Source: an uncultured Candidatus Saccharibacteria bacterium
GTDB taxonomy: Bacteria; Patescibacteriota; Doudnabacteria; UBA920
NCBI GenBank assembly: GCA_964597895.1
Contig: CAZQZS010000001.1
Location: 9,238 to 73,237, forward strand
Length of the DNA: 64,000 nucleotides
Direction: 5' to 3'
Numbering within the stretch: the stretch's first letter is position 1; each line of letters opens with the position of its first letter. A program made the translations under genes and the position numbers. Below are positions 16,784 through 25,477 of the stretch, piece by piece. Under the pieces are notes generated by a model. It made no database searches, was not told where the DNA came from, and worked only from the letters and a program-made list of their open reading frames with translations.

Positions 16784-16907
16784 AAAATCATTATACTAGA
16801 AAATATTAACATTTCCTAAGACTCAATTATGGTTAAATTAGCTAAGCATTGATTTTTTAGTCTATAATTGGTATAGTTGGAAATCAATTTAGAGGAGGGG
16901 AGAATAT

Positions 16908-17282
16908 ATGTCACAGGTTGTCGTGGACAATATTATCAAAGGTAGTCTGGAGGATTTGGCGGTTTTAATGGCAGTGTATGGAATCAAGGCCGCATCGGAT
17001 GGCCAGGATTCAGTAAACAATAGGCGAGGCAGAATCTTACGAAAGAAGGTTGAGTCTGCCAAAGCTCAGCTTGAGGATGACCGGGATTCTCATGCTCGGT
17101 ATCAAAGAAGTTTGGGCGCGAACCGAATACACTCTGCTGAGGAAGAGGTTTCAGAAAATGAAGCCTATGCCATGGCTCGGGCGGAACTTGATTTAGAACT
17201 TGAAAGGGTTCGCATGTGGCGAAAAGAAGGACTCGACTACAAACAGTGCGTGGCCGAGATGCACAAATTCTTAGAGAAGTAG
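16908..17282 (+). CDS. hypothetical protein (124 aa)
   Basis: GAGGAGGGGAG RBS, promoter-like TTGATT...TATAGT upstream, predicted helical/charged. Confidence 0.5.
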   Translation: MSQVVVDNIIKGSLEDLAVLMAVYGIKAASDGQDSVNNRRGRILRKKVESAKAQLEDDRDSHARYQRSLGANRIHSAEEEVSENEAYAMARAELDLELERVRMWRKEGLDYKQCVAEMHKFLEK

Positions 17283-17293
17283 GAGGACAGAAT

Positions 17294-17644
17294 ATGTTAG
17301 TTGGTTGCCCAAATTTTATAGAGTGTGCAAGGTTCGTTTCACTGAATGAAGATGGGGTTATTGAAGAGCATGACTATCTACTCAAAGGTAAGTTCAATCG
17401 GCTTCCAGGGTTATTTACAAGCAAGAAGTGTAAATTTTCCAATATGGAATATCCGGATTTGAGCAAGATTCAAAAAGCTTGCGATATTTGCGGTCGAATG
17501 CTAATTCCTCGTCATGATCAATCTTTACCTCAACACTATCCTGACTCAAAGACAACTTTTTCTCCGGAGGGTTATTGTGGTTCCGGTGTTGGATCTGGTC
17601 GTGGTAAAGTCAAGCAACGAACCAATGCAAGGCACTACCCATAA
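17294..17644 (+). CDS. hypothetical Cys-rich protein (116 aa), possible zinc-ribbon
   Basis: TAGGAGGA RBS. CPNFIEC ... CKF ... CDIC cysteine pairs. ATG at 17294 preferred over the track's 17216. Confidence 0.45.
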   Translation: MLVGCPNFIECARFVSLNEDGVIEEHDYLLKGKFNRLPGLFTSKKCKFSNMEYPDLSKIQKACDICGRMLIPRHDQSLPQHYPDSKTTFSPEGYCGSGVGSGRGKVKQRTNARHYP

Positions 17645-17645
17645 C

Positions 17646-17690
17646 CAAAAAAGCGGCGAACGAATAATATCGTTCGACCGCTTCTTTTTT
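17646..17690. terminator. bidirectional terminator A6GCGGcGAACG-ataatat-CGTTCGaCCGCTTcT6
   Basis: Long hairpin flanked by A6 and T6. Confidence 0.7.
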
Positions 17691-17698
17691 ATGCGTGT

Positions 17699-17772
17699 GT
17701 CATTCCGGGTCCGCTAAGGCGGGCGAAGAATCTCACGGAGATCCTTCGGTCGCATTGCTCCCTCAGGATGAC
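17699..17772. repeat. copy 3 (74 bp, shorter and more divergent) of the GTCATTCC...GGATGAC repeat family
   Basis: GTCATTCCGGG-[hairpin TCCGC/GCGGG]-AAGAATC-tcac-...GATCC...CCCTCAGGATGAC. Same orientation as copy 1. Confidence 0.5.
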
Positions 17773-17800
17773 AAAGAAATTTCCAGGAATGATAATTGTT

Positions 17801-19684
17801 TTAAACCTCGATTACCACTGGAAGAATCATTGGACGACGCTGTGTCTTTTGGAACAGGTATTCGCCGATGTCATCGCGGATTTTTTGGCGGAGGTCAGCC
17901 CAGTTAGGCTCACCAGTTTTATTGCCATTGCCTTCAATGATCTTTCGAATTTCGTGTTTTACTTCACGAACGAGTTCGTCGTTGTTTTTCATATACACGA
18001 AACCGCGAGAGAGAATTTCTGGTTGGTTAATCATTTTGTTGGTGTGACGGTCTAAGGTTGCAATAATCACGAACATACCGTCTTGAGCCATAGCTTGGCG
18101 GTCGCGAATTACAACTTCACCAACATCGCCAATACCGAGACCGTCAACGAACACGTAGCCAGAAGGCACTTTTTCGTTTAAGACTTTAGCTTCGCCACGC
18201 TGATTGATTTCCATAATTGAACCGTTTTCAAGTAGGAAACAATTCTCTTCGGGGATACCAATGCTTTGTGCAAGCTTAGCGTGAGCTGCAAGCATGTGTA
18301 GTTCGCCATGAATCGGCACGAAGAATTTTGGCTTTACCAGCTGCATCATCAGTTTGAGCTCTTCTTGCTGGCCGTGACCACCAGTGTGAATGTCCAAAAT
18401 TTTGTTGTAAATAACGTTGGCGCCGAGGCGGGTGAGGTTATCTAGAACAGTGACGATTGAGCGTTCGTTGCCAGGGATAGTGGAAGCAGAGATTACTACT
18501 GTGTCACCCTTCTTGATTTTTACGAAACGATGCTCGCCGCGTGACATGCGTGCCAATTGTGAAGATTCTTCACCTTGACCGCCAGTGGAGAGAACCAAAA
18601 TTTGGTTGTCGGGATACCGGCTGGCTTGCTCGGATTTGATAATAATCTTTGGCTGGATTTTTATGTAACCCATGCTGACAGCAGTTTCTAAGGTAGAAAC
18701 AATGCTGCGGCCAGTTACAATAACTTTACGATTGTACTTTGCGGCTAAATCAAATACCTGTTGAATACGGGCGATTAAGCTGGAGAAGCTTGTAAAGACA
18801 ATACGGCCTTTAGCATCTTGAAAAATGCGGTCAATAGTACGTCCGATTTCGCGTTCAGACTGAGAATAACCAGGCTTAATAGCGTTAGTTGAATCGCTCA
18901 TCAAAGCGAGCACGCCTTGGCTGCCAAAGCTGGCAATTTTGTGGAATTCAGTTTGTACTTCGTTTACAGGAGTGTGGTCAAATTTCCAGTCACCAGTGTG
19001 AATCACCTGCCCAATTGGAGTGTTGATAGACAAACCGACTGAATCCGGAATATTATGGTTTACCGCAAAGAAGCGTACCTGGAAAGCGCCGGCAGGAACT
19101 GTGTCATCCAAACCAACAACGTTAAGTTTGGCACGGCCAACCAGATTAAACTCCTCAAGGCGCTTCTTAATCATGCTGGCAGACAACTTCATGGTATAGA
19201 TTGGAGGATCACCCAGCTTGGCTAGCAAGTAGGGAATAGCCCCAATGTGGTCCATGTGTCCGTGCGTTACGAATAAGCCACGAATATTCTTTTTCTTATC
19301 TTCCAAATATTTGGTTTCCGGAATGATGTAGTCAATACCAGGGGTGGTGTCGTCAGGAAAGGCAAATCCAGCGTCAACGATAATGATATCGTCGCCGAAT
19401 TCATAGGCCATCATATTGGCTCCGACTTCCTCCAAACCGCCAAGTGGAATCACGCGCAAGGTATTGCGCGATACGGTATAAACACTGTTGGAACCTGAAG
19501 CAACGCGTTCTAAAGGTTTGATTTTGCTTTCAGTTGGCATAATTGGCAAGCCGCGACTGCGGCCACCACCAGTACGCCCGCTGCGAGCTGGAGTTGCAGA
19601 CTTGCGCGCCGCTGGGCGGCTGGTTGGTCTGCTGGGTTGGGCTTTGCGGCTTGAGGCCTGTGAGCTAGTTGTTTTCTTAATCAT
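17801..19684 (-). CDS. rnj: ribonuclease J (beta-CASP metallo-beta-lactamase RNase) with a ~55-aa Arg/Pro/Ser-rich N-terminal extension
   Basis: HGHMDHIGA (HxHxDH) zinc motif, beta-CASP region, and C-terminal domain. Total length 627 aa. Confidence 0.9.
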   Translation of the reverse strand: MIKKTTSSQASSRKAQPSRPTSRPAARKSATPARSGRTGGGRSRGLPIMPTESKIKPLERVASGSNSVYTVSRNTLRVIPLGGLEEVGANMMAYEFGDDIIIVDAGFAFPDDTTPGIDYIIPETKYLEDKKKNIRGLFVTHGHMDHIGAIPYLLAKLGDPPIYTMKLSASMIKKRLEEFNLVGRAKLNVVGLDDTVPAGAFQVRFFAVNHNIPDSVGLSINTPIGQVIHTGDWKFDHTPVNEVQTEFHKIASFGSQGVLALMSDSTNAIKPGYSQSEREIGRTIDRIFQDAKGRIVFTSFSSLIARIQQVFDLAAKYNRKVIVTGRSIVSTLETAVSMGYIKIQPKIIIKSEQASRYPDNQILVLSTGGQGEESSQLARMSRGEHRFVKIKKGDTVVISASTIPGNERSIVTVLDNLTRLGANVIYNKILDIHTGGHGQQEELKLMMQLVKPKFFVPIHGELHMLAAHAKLAQSIGIPEENCFLLENGSIMEINQRGEAKVLNEKVPSGYVFVDGLGIGDVGEVVIRDRQAMAQDGMFVIIATLDRHTNKMINQPEILSRGFVYMKNNDELVREVKHEIRKIIEGNGNKTGEPNWADLRQKIRDDIGEYLFQKTQRRPMILPVVIEV

Positions 19685-20169
19685 AGTTTGAATTCAAAGA
19701 CGAAAGCCTGCGCATTGTTCTGCATTAGACTGCCCTAAAAAAGTTTGTTGAGCAGTAGCATTAAGTACAGAATTTTACACATCCGGAATGCGCCTAGTAG
19801 TTCGAGGCGCTCAGTAAAAACTTTCGTCTTATAGTTAATTTTTGTGTTATGTCAGAACTTTTTTGAACATATTTTCTTAAGATAGAATATATTCCGGAAA
19901 AGTTCAGTAGAACCCAAAGATTTTCTAATTGGCAAAAAACAAATGTCCCAATGAAAAATAGGGGATTCTGGAATCAGTGAAGTGGCTTCCGGGGCCGCCT
20001 TCGCTAATTGATTGCTGCAAAATTTTGCAGGCAATTAACACATGAATGATTACTTCAGAGAAATAACAACTCATCTGTTAATTGAATATTTGAACAAAAT
20101 CATTATATCAAGCAGGTGCTAGTTTGTCAATCAATTTTAACGAAACTTTGCTTATTTATGCTGGTTTTA

Positions 20170-20188
20170 TTTGGTGCCGAGGGAGGGA
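20170..20188. repeat. 19-bp direct repeat TTTGGTGCCGAGGGAGGGA duplicating the 3' end (acceptor/T-stem) of tRNA-Leu 195 bp away
   Basis: Identical to 20384-20402. Followed by a degenerate T-arm-like sequence (GGAGAACTCC) that cannot form a canonical T-loop. Confidence 0.5.
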
Positions 20189-20385
20189 GTTCTCCTCATC
20201 CGTGCTCATGGCGGAGGACTTGACCACCTCACGCTGTGCACAATTCCACTTTGGCAAGCTCAGTGTCATTTCGCACGACGCTGCGGCGGCCCCCGACGCT
20301 TCCAACCTGCCACTGGCAGCTTGGAAGCTGTTTTCAAGTCCCTCAACATAAAACAACAGCCAACCATGAATGGTTAGCTGTTGTT

Positions 20386-20472
20386 TGGTGCCGAGGGAGG
20401 GACTTGAACCCTCACGACCTTGCGATCATACGCACCTGAAGCGTATGTGTCTGCCAATTCCACCACCCCGGC
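20386..20472 (-). tRNA. tRNA-Leu(CAG): tRNA-Leu (anticodon CAG), class II with a long variable arm
   Basis: Reverse complement GCCGGGGTGGTGGAATTGGCAGACACATACGC-TTCAGGT-GCGTATGATCGCAAGGTCGTGAGGGTTCAAGTCCCTCCCTCGGCACCA. Anticodon loop TTCAGGT; encoded CCA. Confidence 0.85.
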
Positions 20473-20495
20473 CTGCGCCCCATTATACCGATTAA

Positions 20496-22142
20496 TTACC
20501 CACTCTTCAAGACGCGCTTAGTGTCTAAGTACCAGTCGCGCAGATTAAAATAGCGGACAGTTTCATCGTGCATTTTAGTTACTGTAAAGCCTTGGATTTT
20601 ATCGTTAAGCGCATATGTATATACCGACTGCACCAAGAAGATCGCCGGCAAATCTTGTTTCATGATGTTATGGAGTTCTAGATATTTTGCATCGCGTTCT
20701 TCCTTCTCCGTTGTGGCGCGTGCTTCGCTGATTAACTTATCCACGGTTTGATTGGAATAGCTGGATAAGTTTAATCCAGGCGCTTTGGTCTGACTGGAAT
20801 GCCAGAATACGAATGGGTCCGGATCGGCACCCAGCTTGTGCGCAAACAAGAGCATGTCGTAGTCGCGGGTCTGAATGTTCTGTTCGTTTAGTTCTCGCGT
20901 TGGTTTTGTAACTAATTCAATTTCCACTCCGAGTTCGCGCCATTGTTCTTTGAGCATTTCTGCAGCGCGCCTGTTTACCCAATTTTCGTTAGTCACCAGC
21001 TTAAACTTTAATTGCTGGTTGCCCTTTTGTCTGACAGTGCCATTCTCTGGGTACAACCAGCCAGCTTGTTCAAGCAAATTCTTGGCAGCCTCAAAATCCT
21101 GAGCTGCATCGTGTTCAGGAAGATTTGCAACCTGCTGGGAAAGTATCGGACTTTCAATTAACAGTCCTTGACCTTCAAATACTTCAGATAAAATTGCTTC
21201 TTTGTTGCTAGCTAAGTTGAGCGCCTGTCTGACCTTTGATTCACCCAAGCTCTTTACTGTGGTGTTAAAAAATAGCGCCTGATATTGGGGAAGCGGAATC
21301 TGGTGAACATTTAGGTTCTTAGTAGATTTTTCTATACTGACGCGGTTTTCAAACTGGTTATATCCAAAACCGTCAATCTGGTTGCCATGCAAGGCTTTTA
21401 GCAAACTCCCAGCGTCTTCAAAGAAAATAATTTCTAGATTGTCCAAGTAGCTTGGACGAGAGTGAAAATTTGCAAACGACTCCAGCAGGATACTTTGCAC
21501 GCCGCCGCTGGTCAACTGCTCAACTTGTTTAATTTTGTATGGCCCGTTACCGATTGGTTGAATGTTGCCTTGCGACAAAACAAATTCTTGAGGAGGTACT
21601 TTATTCCATATAACCTCGCTGATGATCGGTAAGGTTAGGTTGTTTAAGAATGGACCAGACGCAGCTTTCAGGTTGAACACAACCGTGCGTTCATCCGCGG
21701 CCTCTACGGTGGTAGATAGCCAGTCAGCGCGTCTCGGGCTGTTGTATTCGGGATTCTGTAAAGTCTTGATTGTAAACACAACGTCATTAGCAGTTACGGC
21801 AACGCCATTATGCCACTGGGCTGGCCTGAGTTTTACGGTGTAGGTCTTCTTGTCTTCTGAAATCTCAGGAAAATTTTCTGCTAAATCAGGAACAACATTA
21901 CCATTTTCATCATAACGGTATAAGCCAGCATAGATTAAGTTAACCAACGCACGGTCGGTACTGCTGGTCGCGTAGAGTGGATTAATGAATCTTGGTTCGC
22001 CAATAATTCCTTCTCTATAGGTTCCGCCTTCGCCGGGGACTACTGCAGTGTAGGCTTGCAGGAAATTTTTGGCTGCAAACACCGAACTTATCAATGCAAC
22101 AATTACCAGGATCAGCCAAAACCGCTTTTCGGTTTTTCCCAT
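20496..22142 (-). CDS. ABC transporter substrate-binding protein, family 5 (oligopeptide/dipeptide/nickel-type), lipid- or signal-anchored
   Basis: N-terminal MGKTEKRFWLILVIVALISSVFAA signal/anchor. ~550-aa SBP_bac_5-like body. ATG at 22142 chosen. Confidence 0.7.
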   Translation of the reverse strand: MGKTEKRFWLILVIVALISSVFAAKNFLQAYTAVVPGEGGTYREGIIGEPRFINPLYATSSTDRALVNLIYAGLYRYDENGNVVPDLAENFPEISEDKKTYTVKLRPAQWHNGVAVTANDVVFTIKTLQNPEYNSPRRADWLSTTVEAADERTVVFNLKAASGPFLNNLTLPIISEVIWNKVPPQEFVLSQGNIQPIGNGPYKIKQVEQLTSGGVQSILLESFANFHSRPSYLDNLEIIFFEDAGSLLKALHGNQIDGFGYNQFENRVSIEKSTKNLNVHQIPLPQYQALFFNTTVKSLGESKVRQALNLASNKEAILSEVFEGQGLLIESPILSQQVANLPEHDAAQDFEAAKNLLEQAGWLYPENGTVRQKGNQQLKFKLVTNENWVNRRAAEMLKEQWRELGVEIELVTKPTRELNEQNIQTRDYDMLLFAHKLGADPDPFVFWHSSQTKAPGLNLSSYSNQTVDKLISEARATTEKEERDAKYLELHNIMKQDLPAIFLVQSVYTYALNDKIQGFTVTKMHDETVRYFNLRDWYLDTKRVLKSG

Positions 22143-22272
22143 TAATGAAAAAACTCTCCGCAATACGGAAAGTCGGATTTGTGGCAACAGCCGCATACCT
22201 TCAAGGATGCGTTTACTTTGCACAGTCAAATTGTTACTAAATCCATTCACTTGTTTTATGTACGAGACAGTA

Positions 22273-22500
22273 CTAGCGATTTAGCAGTACGATAGTCAGG
22301 CTGAGACCAGCGAATAAAACACCCAGCACGATAGTCGCATAGAATAGCCATTTATCGCTGCCGCGTCGTGTGGTAACTACGCCACCACCACCAAAAATAT
22401 TTGATAAACCGGAAGATTTGTTTTGCAAGGCCACGCTGATAACCAAAAGTACCATTACCACCATATCTATGATTGTCAGAATATACGCCAAATTTCTCAT
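22273..22500 (-). CDS. secG: preprotein translocase subunit SecG
   Basis: Two TM helices flanking LQNKSSGLSNIFGGGG, the SecG glycine-rich signature. Confidence 0.8.
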   Translation of the reverse strand: MRNLAYILTIIDMVVMVLLVISVALQNKSSGLSNIFGGGGVVTTRRGSDKWLFYATIVLGVLFAGLSLTIVLLNR

Positions 22501-22608
22501 ATATTTTGTCTCAGAAAGTTAAAAATTAAGCTTGGTTATTATAGTAATTATGGAGCCTTGTGTCAATCTAGAGTTTGTTCTATAATGTTCTAATTGCAGG
22601 AGGAACTT

Positions 22609-23010
22609 ATGAAGAAGATTTTGAAATGCTTGGTTAGTTTGTTTCCGGACAGCTTAGTTATTGGACGATATTGTAAGGTGGGATCAATCTATGGGGACTT
22701 AGAAAGCTACTCTTACATGGGAGAGATTCCAGGCTTACGAAATTGGTTGGCGAAGTGGGTATTTTGGGAAGAAGAAATTGTTAGGCGAGGATACCGAGCA
22801 ATTTCTCTGGATAACTTTATTCTGTACGGAGGGGGATATGTTAAGAATCCACCCCAAGTACAGCTGCGGCTTTTAGGTGAAGAGCCTAAATACCATGCCA
22901 GAATCCGGCAAGAGCAGCTCGCCTTAGGTAAGCCTGAGGGCTGTAAGGTAAGGCAACACTTTGACGGTTCATTTACAGGATCGTATACAGTCCCTTCAAC
23001 TGAAGAGTAA
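22609..23010 (+). CDS. hypothetical protein (133 aa)
   Basis: GGAGG RBS before the ATG at 22609. W/Y-rich, no motif. Confidence 0.45.
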   Translation: MKKILKCLVSLFPDSLVIGRYCKVGSIYGDLESYSYMGEIPGLRNWLAKWVFWEEEIVRRGYRAISLDNFILYGGGYVKNPPQVQLRLLGEEPKYHARIRQEQLALGKPEGCKVRQHFDGSFTGSYTVPSTEE

Positions 23011-23045
23011 CAACTCAGTTGCGATGGGTGTGTTGCTCGCTATCG

Positions 23046-24905
23046 TTAGACTAATTGGCTTTTTATGCTTTGAGCTTTAGCTTTTCCAACTAGCTTAATC
23101 AGCTCTTCAATCGGCGCGCGTTTGATTTGATCAACCGTGCCGATTTTTTGTTTGAGTAACTTTTTAGTTTTTGGGCCAATTCCAGGGATTGTGTCTAAAG
23201 CAGATTTTACAGCTTGCTTGCTGCGCAGTGATTTATGGAAAGTAATACCAAAACGATGCGCTTCGTCGCGAAGCCTCTGGAGCATTTGCAAAACTGGGTT
23301 GTCGTGGCTTAAGATAATGGGCTGAGATTTTCCTGGTACGAAAATTTCTTCTATCCGCTTGGCAAGGCCGATTACCGGAATGTTCAACTTGGCTTGTTTT
23401 AAAACTTTCACGGCCACGCCCAACTGACCTTTTCCTCCATCAATTACTAAGAGGTCTGGTCTGGGCCAAGCGTCTGCTTTATTTTTTGGGTTCACTCTTG
23501 CCAGCCGGCGTTCTAACATTTCTCGCATCATCAGGAAATCATCAGGACTTTGCTTGCGGGTAATTTTAAATTTGCGATATTCACTTTTGATTGCTTGACC
23601 ATCTTTAATGACCACCATACTACCCACAGGATTTGTGCCTTGGGTGTTGCTGATGTCATAACCTTCTATGCGGCGGGGAAGCGCCGGCAGCTTGAGCAAT
23701 TTTTTTAGGCTACTTAAAATTTCTTGGGTTAAGTCAGCATTGCTGGCTTGGCTGCGTTGCCACTTGAGCAGATGCTCTTTTGCATTGGTTACTCCCATTT
23801 GCACAAGCTTCTGCTTCTCTCCTCGGCTTGGGGCCGCGACTTTTACCGCTTGCTTGCTTCTGGTGCGCAGTAGCTGCTCTAGTAATGCATGGTTGGGCAG
23901 CTCAACTTGAACAGAAATCTCTGTGGGAAGATCAGTTGCTTGCGCATAATACATTTCCGTGAAAGTTTGCAGTACCTGAGCGGCTCTCTGGTTTTCCGGG
24001 ATGGCCAGCATGTTGTTGTAAATAAAATTTTCTTTATCCTTAAGTTTGCCTTCCCGAACCTTAAATAGATTTACAGCCGCCGAAAGATTGTCGGTGAAAA
24101 CAGAAATGATGTCCCAAGAAACTTTCCGAGCCAAGACCGTAAGTTGTTTTTCTTCTAGAACGCTAATAGCCATAAATTCATCTCTCAGTCTCGCCGCTTT
24201 CTCGAATTGTTTGCGTTTGGATGCATTCTTCATCTCTGACCGTAGCTGTTTTTTAATGGGCGCAGTTTGCCCGGACAAGAACAGGGAAATTTTCTGTAAA
24301 TGCTGCTCGTATTCTTCCAGGCTCATCAATCCAATGCAGACGCCAGGACAGCGGTGCAAAAAATAATAGAAGCAGGGGCGCTTGCCGACTTCTTTGTTGG
24401 CGCAAAAATGAAAGACGCGCCTAACTAAATCCAAAGTTTGTCCAATCTTTTTGGTAGAGGAGTACGGTCCAAAGAAGCGATCTCTGCTATCAGACTTTTT
24501 TTCTACTTTTCTGACGTAACTAATCTGCGGAATCTGGGTGCTGTGACTGATGTTTATAAATGCATAATTTTTATCATCGCGCAGCATGATATTATACGGC
24601 GGCATATACTCTTTGATGAGAGTATTTTCCAAAAACAGGCTTTCCAGTTCGCTTTGGACAACGATGTAGTCAAAATCTACCGCTTCTGCCATCAAGAAGG
24701 GAAGTTGAGGGCGATTATCAGACTTTCCGAAGTACTGTGATAGCCGAGATTTTAGCCGCTTGGCCTTACCCACATATAAAACAACTCCTTTATCATCAAG
24801 GAATTTATAAACACCGGGTTTTTGCGGGACGTCTTTAAGTTTTTCTCTTAATTGACTCATACCCTTATTATAGCTAGAATACGCCCTAGAATAAACGGAG
24901 GGCAT
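23046..24905 (-). CDS. uvrC: excinuclease ABC subunit C
   Basis: N-terminal GIY-YIG (PGVYKFLDDKGVVLYVGKAKRLKSRLSQYF), a UvrBC-interaction region, RNase H-like endonuclease and C-terminal (HhH)2. Confidence 0.9.
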   Translation of the reverse strand: MPSVYSRAYSSYNKGMSQLREKLKDVPQKPGVYKFLDDKGVVLYVGKAKRLKSRLSQYFGKSDNRPQLPFLMAEAVDFDYIVVQSELESLFLENTLIKEYMPPYNIMLRDDKNYAFINISHSTQIPQISYVRKVEKKSDSRDRFFGPYSSTKKIGQTLDLVRRVFHFCANKEVGKRPCFYYFLHRCPGVCIGLMSLEEYEQHLQKISLFLSGQTAPIKKQLRSEMKNASKRKQFEKAARLRDEFMAISVLEEKQLTVLARKVSWDIISVFTDNLSAAVNLFKVREGKLKDKENFIYNNMLAIPENQRAAQVLQTFTEMYYAQATDLPTEISVQVELPNHALLEQLLRTRSKQAVKVAAPSRGEKQKLVQMGVTNAKEHLLKWQRSQASNADLTQEILSSLKKLLKLPALPRRIEGYDISNTQGTNPVGSMVVIKDGQAIKSEYRKFKITRKQSPDDFLMMREMLERRLARVNPKNKADAWPRPDLLVIDGGKGQLGVAVKVLKQAKLNIPVIGLAKRIEEIFVPGKSQPIILSHDNPVLQMLQRLRDEAHRFGITFHKSLRSKQAVKSALDTIPGIGPKTKKLLKQKIGTVDQIKRAPIEELIKLVGKAKAQSIKSQLV

Positions 24906-25412
24906 ATGTCAGAAAAAATCAGTAAGGTGCAACAGTGGTTGATCCGTGAACTTAAATATGGATTAACGCCGAATTTAGTTTTTCATTCATTCCTGTTTGG
25001 TGTGCTTACAGTGATAGCGAGCCGAAACATTTATGATTACTTGTTAGGATGGGGTACGATCCTGGGATGGTCTATCATCCTAGCCTGGATGGGGTTACTT
25101 TTGTTTCTGTTATTCCACATCCAAAAGGCTGATCAGTACCTGACTGCACAGAATGAGACCTCTGGTCTGGTTCGTAAATGCCTAGAGCAGGTTGAGCTAT
25201 TTCGCCCAAATTTACAGAGCGGTAAGGTGTATACTTTGACAGAAGGGTATTACACCTATGATGTTGCGAAGTCTGTAGCAAGGCTTCTGGAAAACTCTTT
25301 AGGTCTCGGCCGTGTTGATCCCAGCCCAATCAACTATACTGGAGGAAAATATTTTGTGAAAATTCAATTGCACTGTGATGGTAAACTTCCGCAACAAGAG
25401 CTTACGGGGTAG
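24906..25412 (+). CDS. hypothetical membrane protein (168 aa)
   Basis: GGAGGG RBS before the ATG at 24906. Three predicted TM helices. Confidence 0.45.
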   Translation: MSEKISKVQQWLIRELKYGLTPNLVFHSFLFGVLTVIASRNIYDYLLGWGTILGWSIILAWMGLLLFLLFHIQKADQYLTAQNETSGLVRKCLEQVELFRPNLQSGKVYTLTEGYYTYDVAKSVARLLENSLGLGRVDPSPINYTGGKYFVKIQLHCDGKLPQQELTG

Positions 25413-25477
25413 GCTCTTGTTTTTTGTTCAAAATTCTGCTAGCGTTATTAAAGTTTGATATTACATCTTATAGAACC

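Noticed and set aside
15824-16907. T-box leaders upstream of trpS and hisS
   Set aside because: The upstream gaps (~120 nt and ~55 nt) are too short for a T-box. No specifier or T-box consensus is visible.
19690-20170. Origin of replication or a missing gene in the 480-bp AT-rich region
   Set aside because: No DnaA-box clusters (TTATCCACA-like) and no dnaA or dnaN nearby. More simply the rnj promoter and 5'UTR plus island relic.
20172-20385. Second class II tRNA or tmRNA downstream of tRNA-Leu
   Set aside because: The T-loop is degenerate (GGAGAACTCC). No 5' acceptor strand can pair with the CCTCGGC 3' strand at tRNA distance. Interpreted as a partial duplication or att relic.
20124-20439. 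Four overlapping short ORFs across the tRNA-Leu region
   Set aside because: They overlap a tRNA gene and its duplicated fragment. No RBSs.
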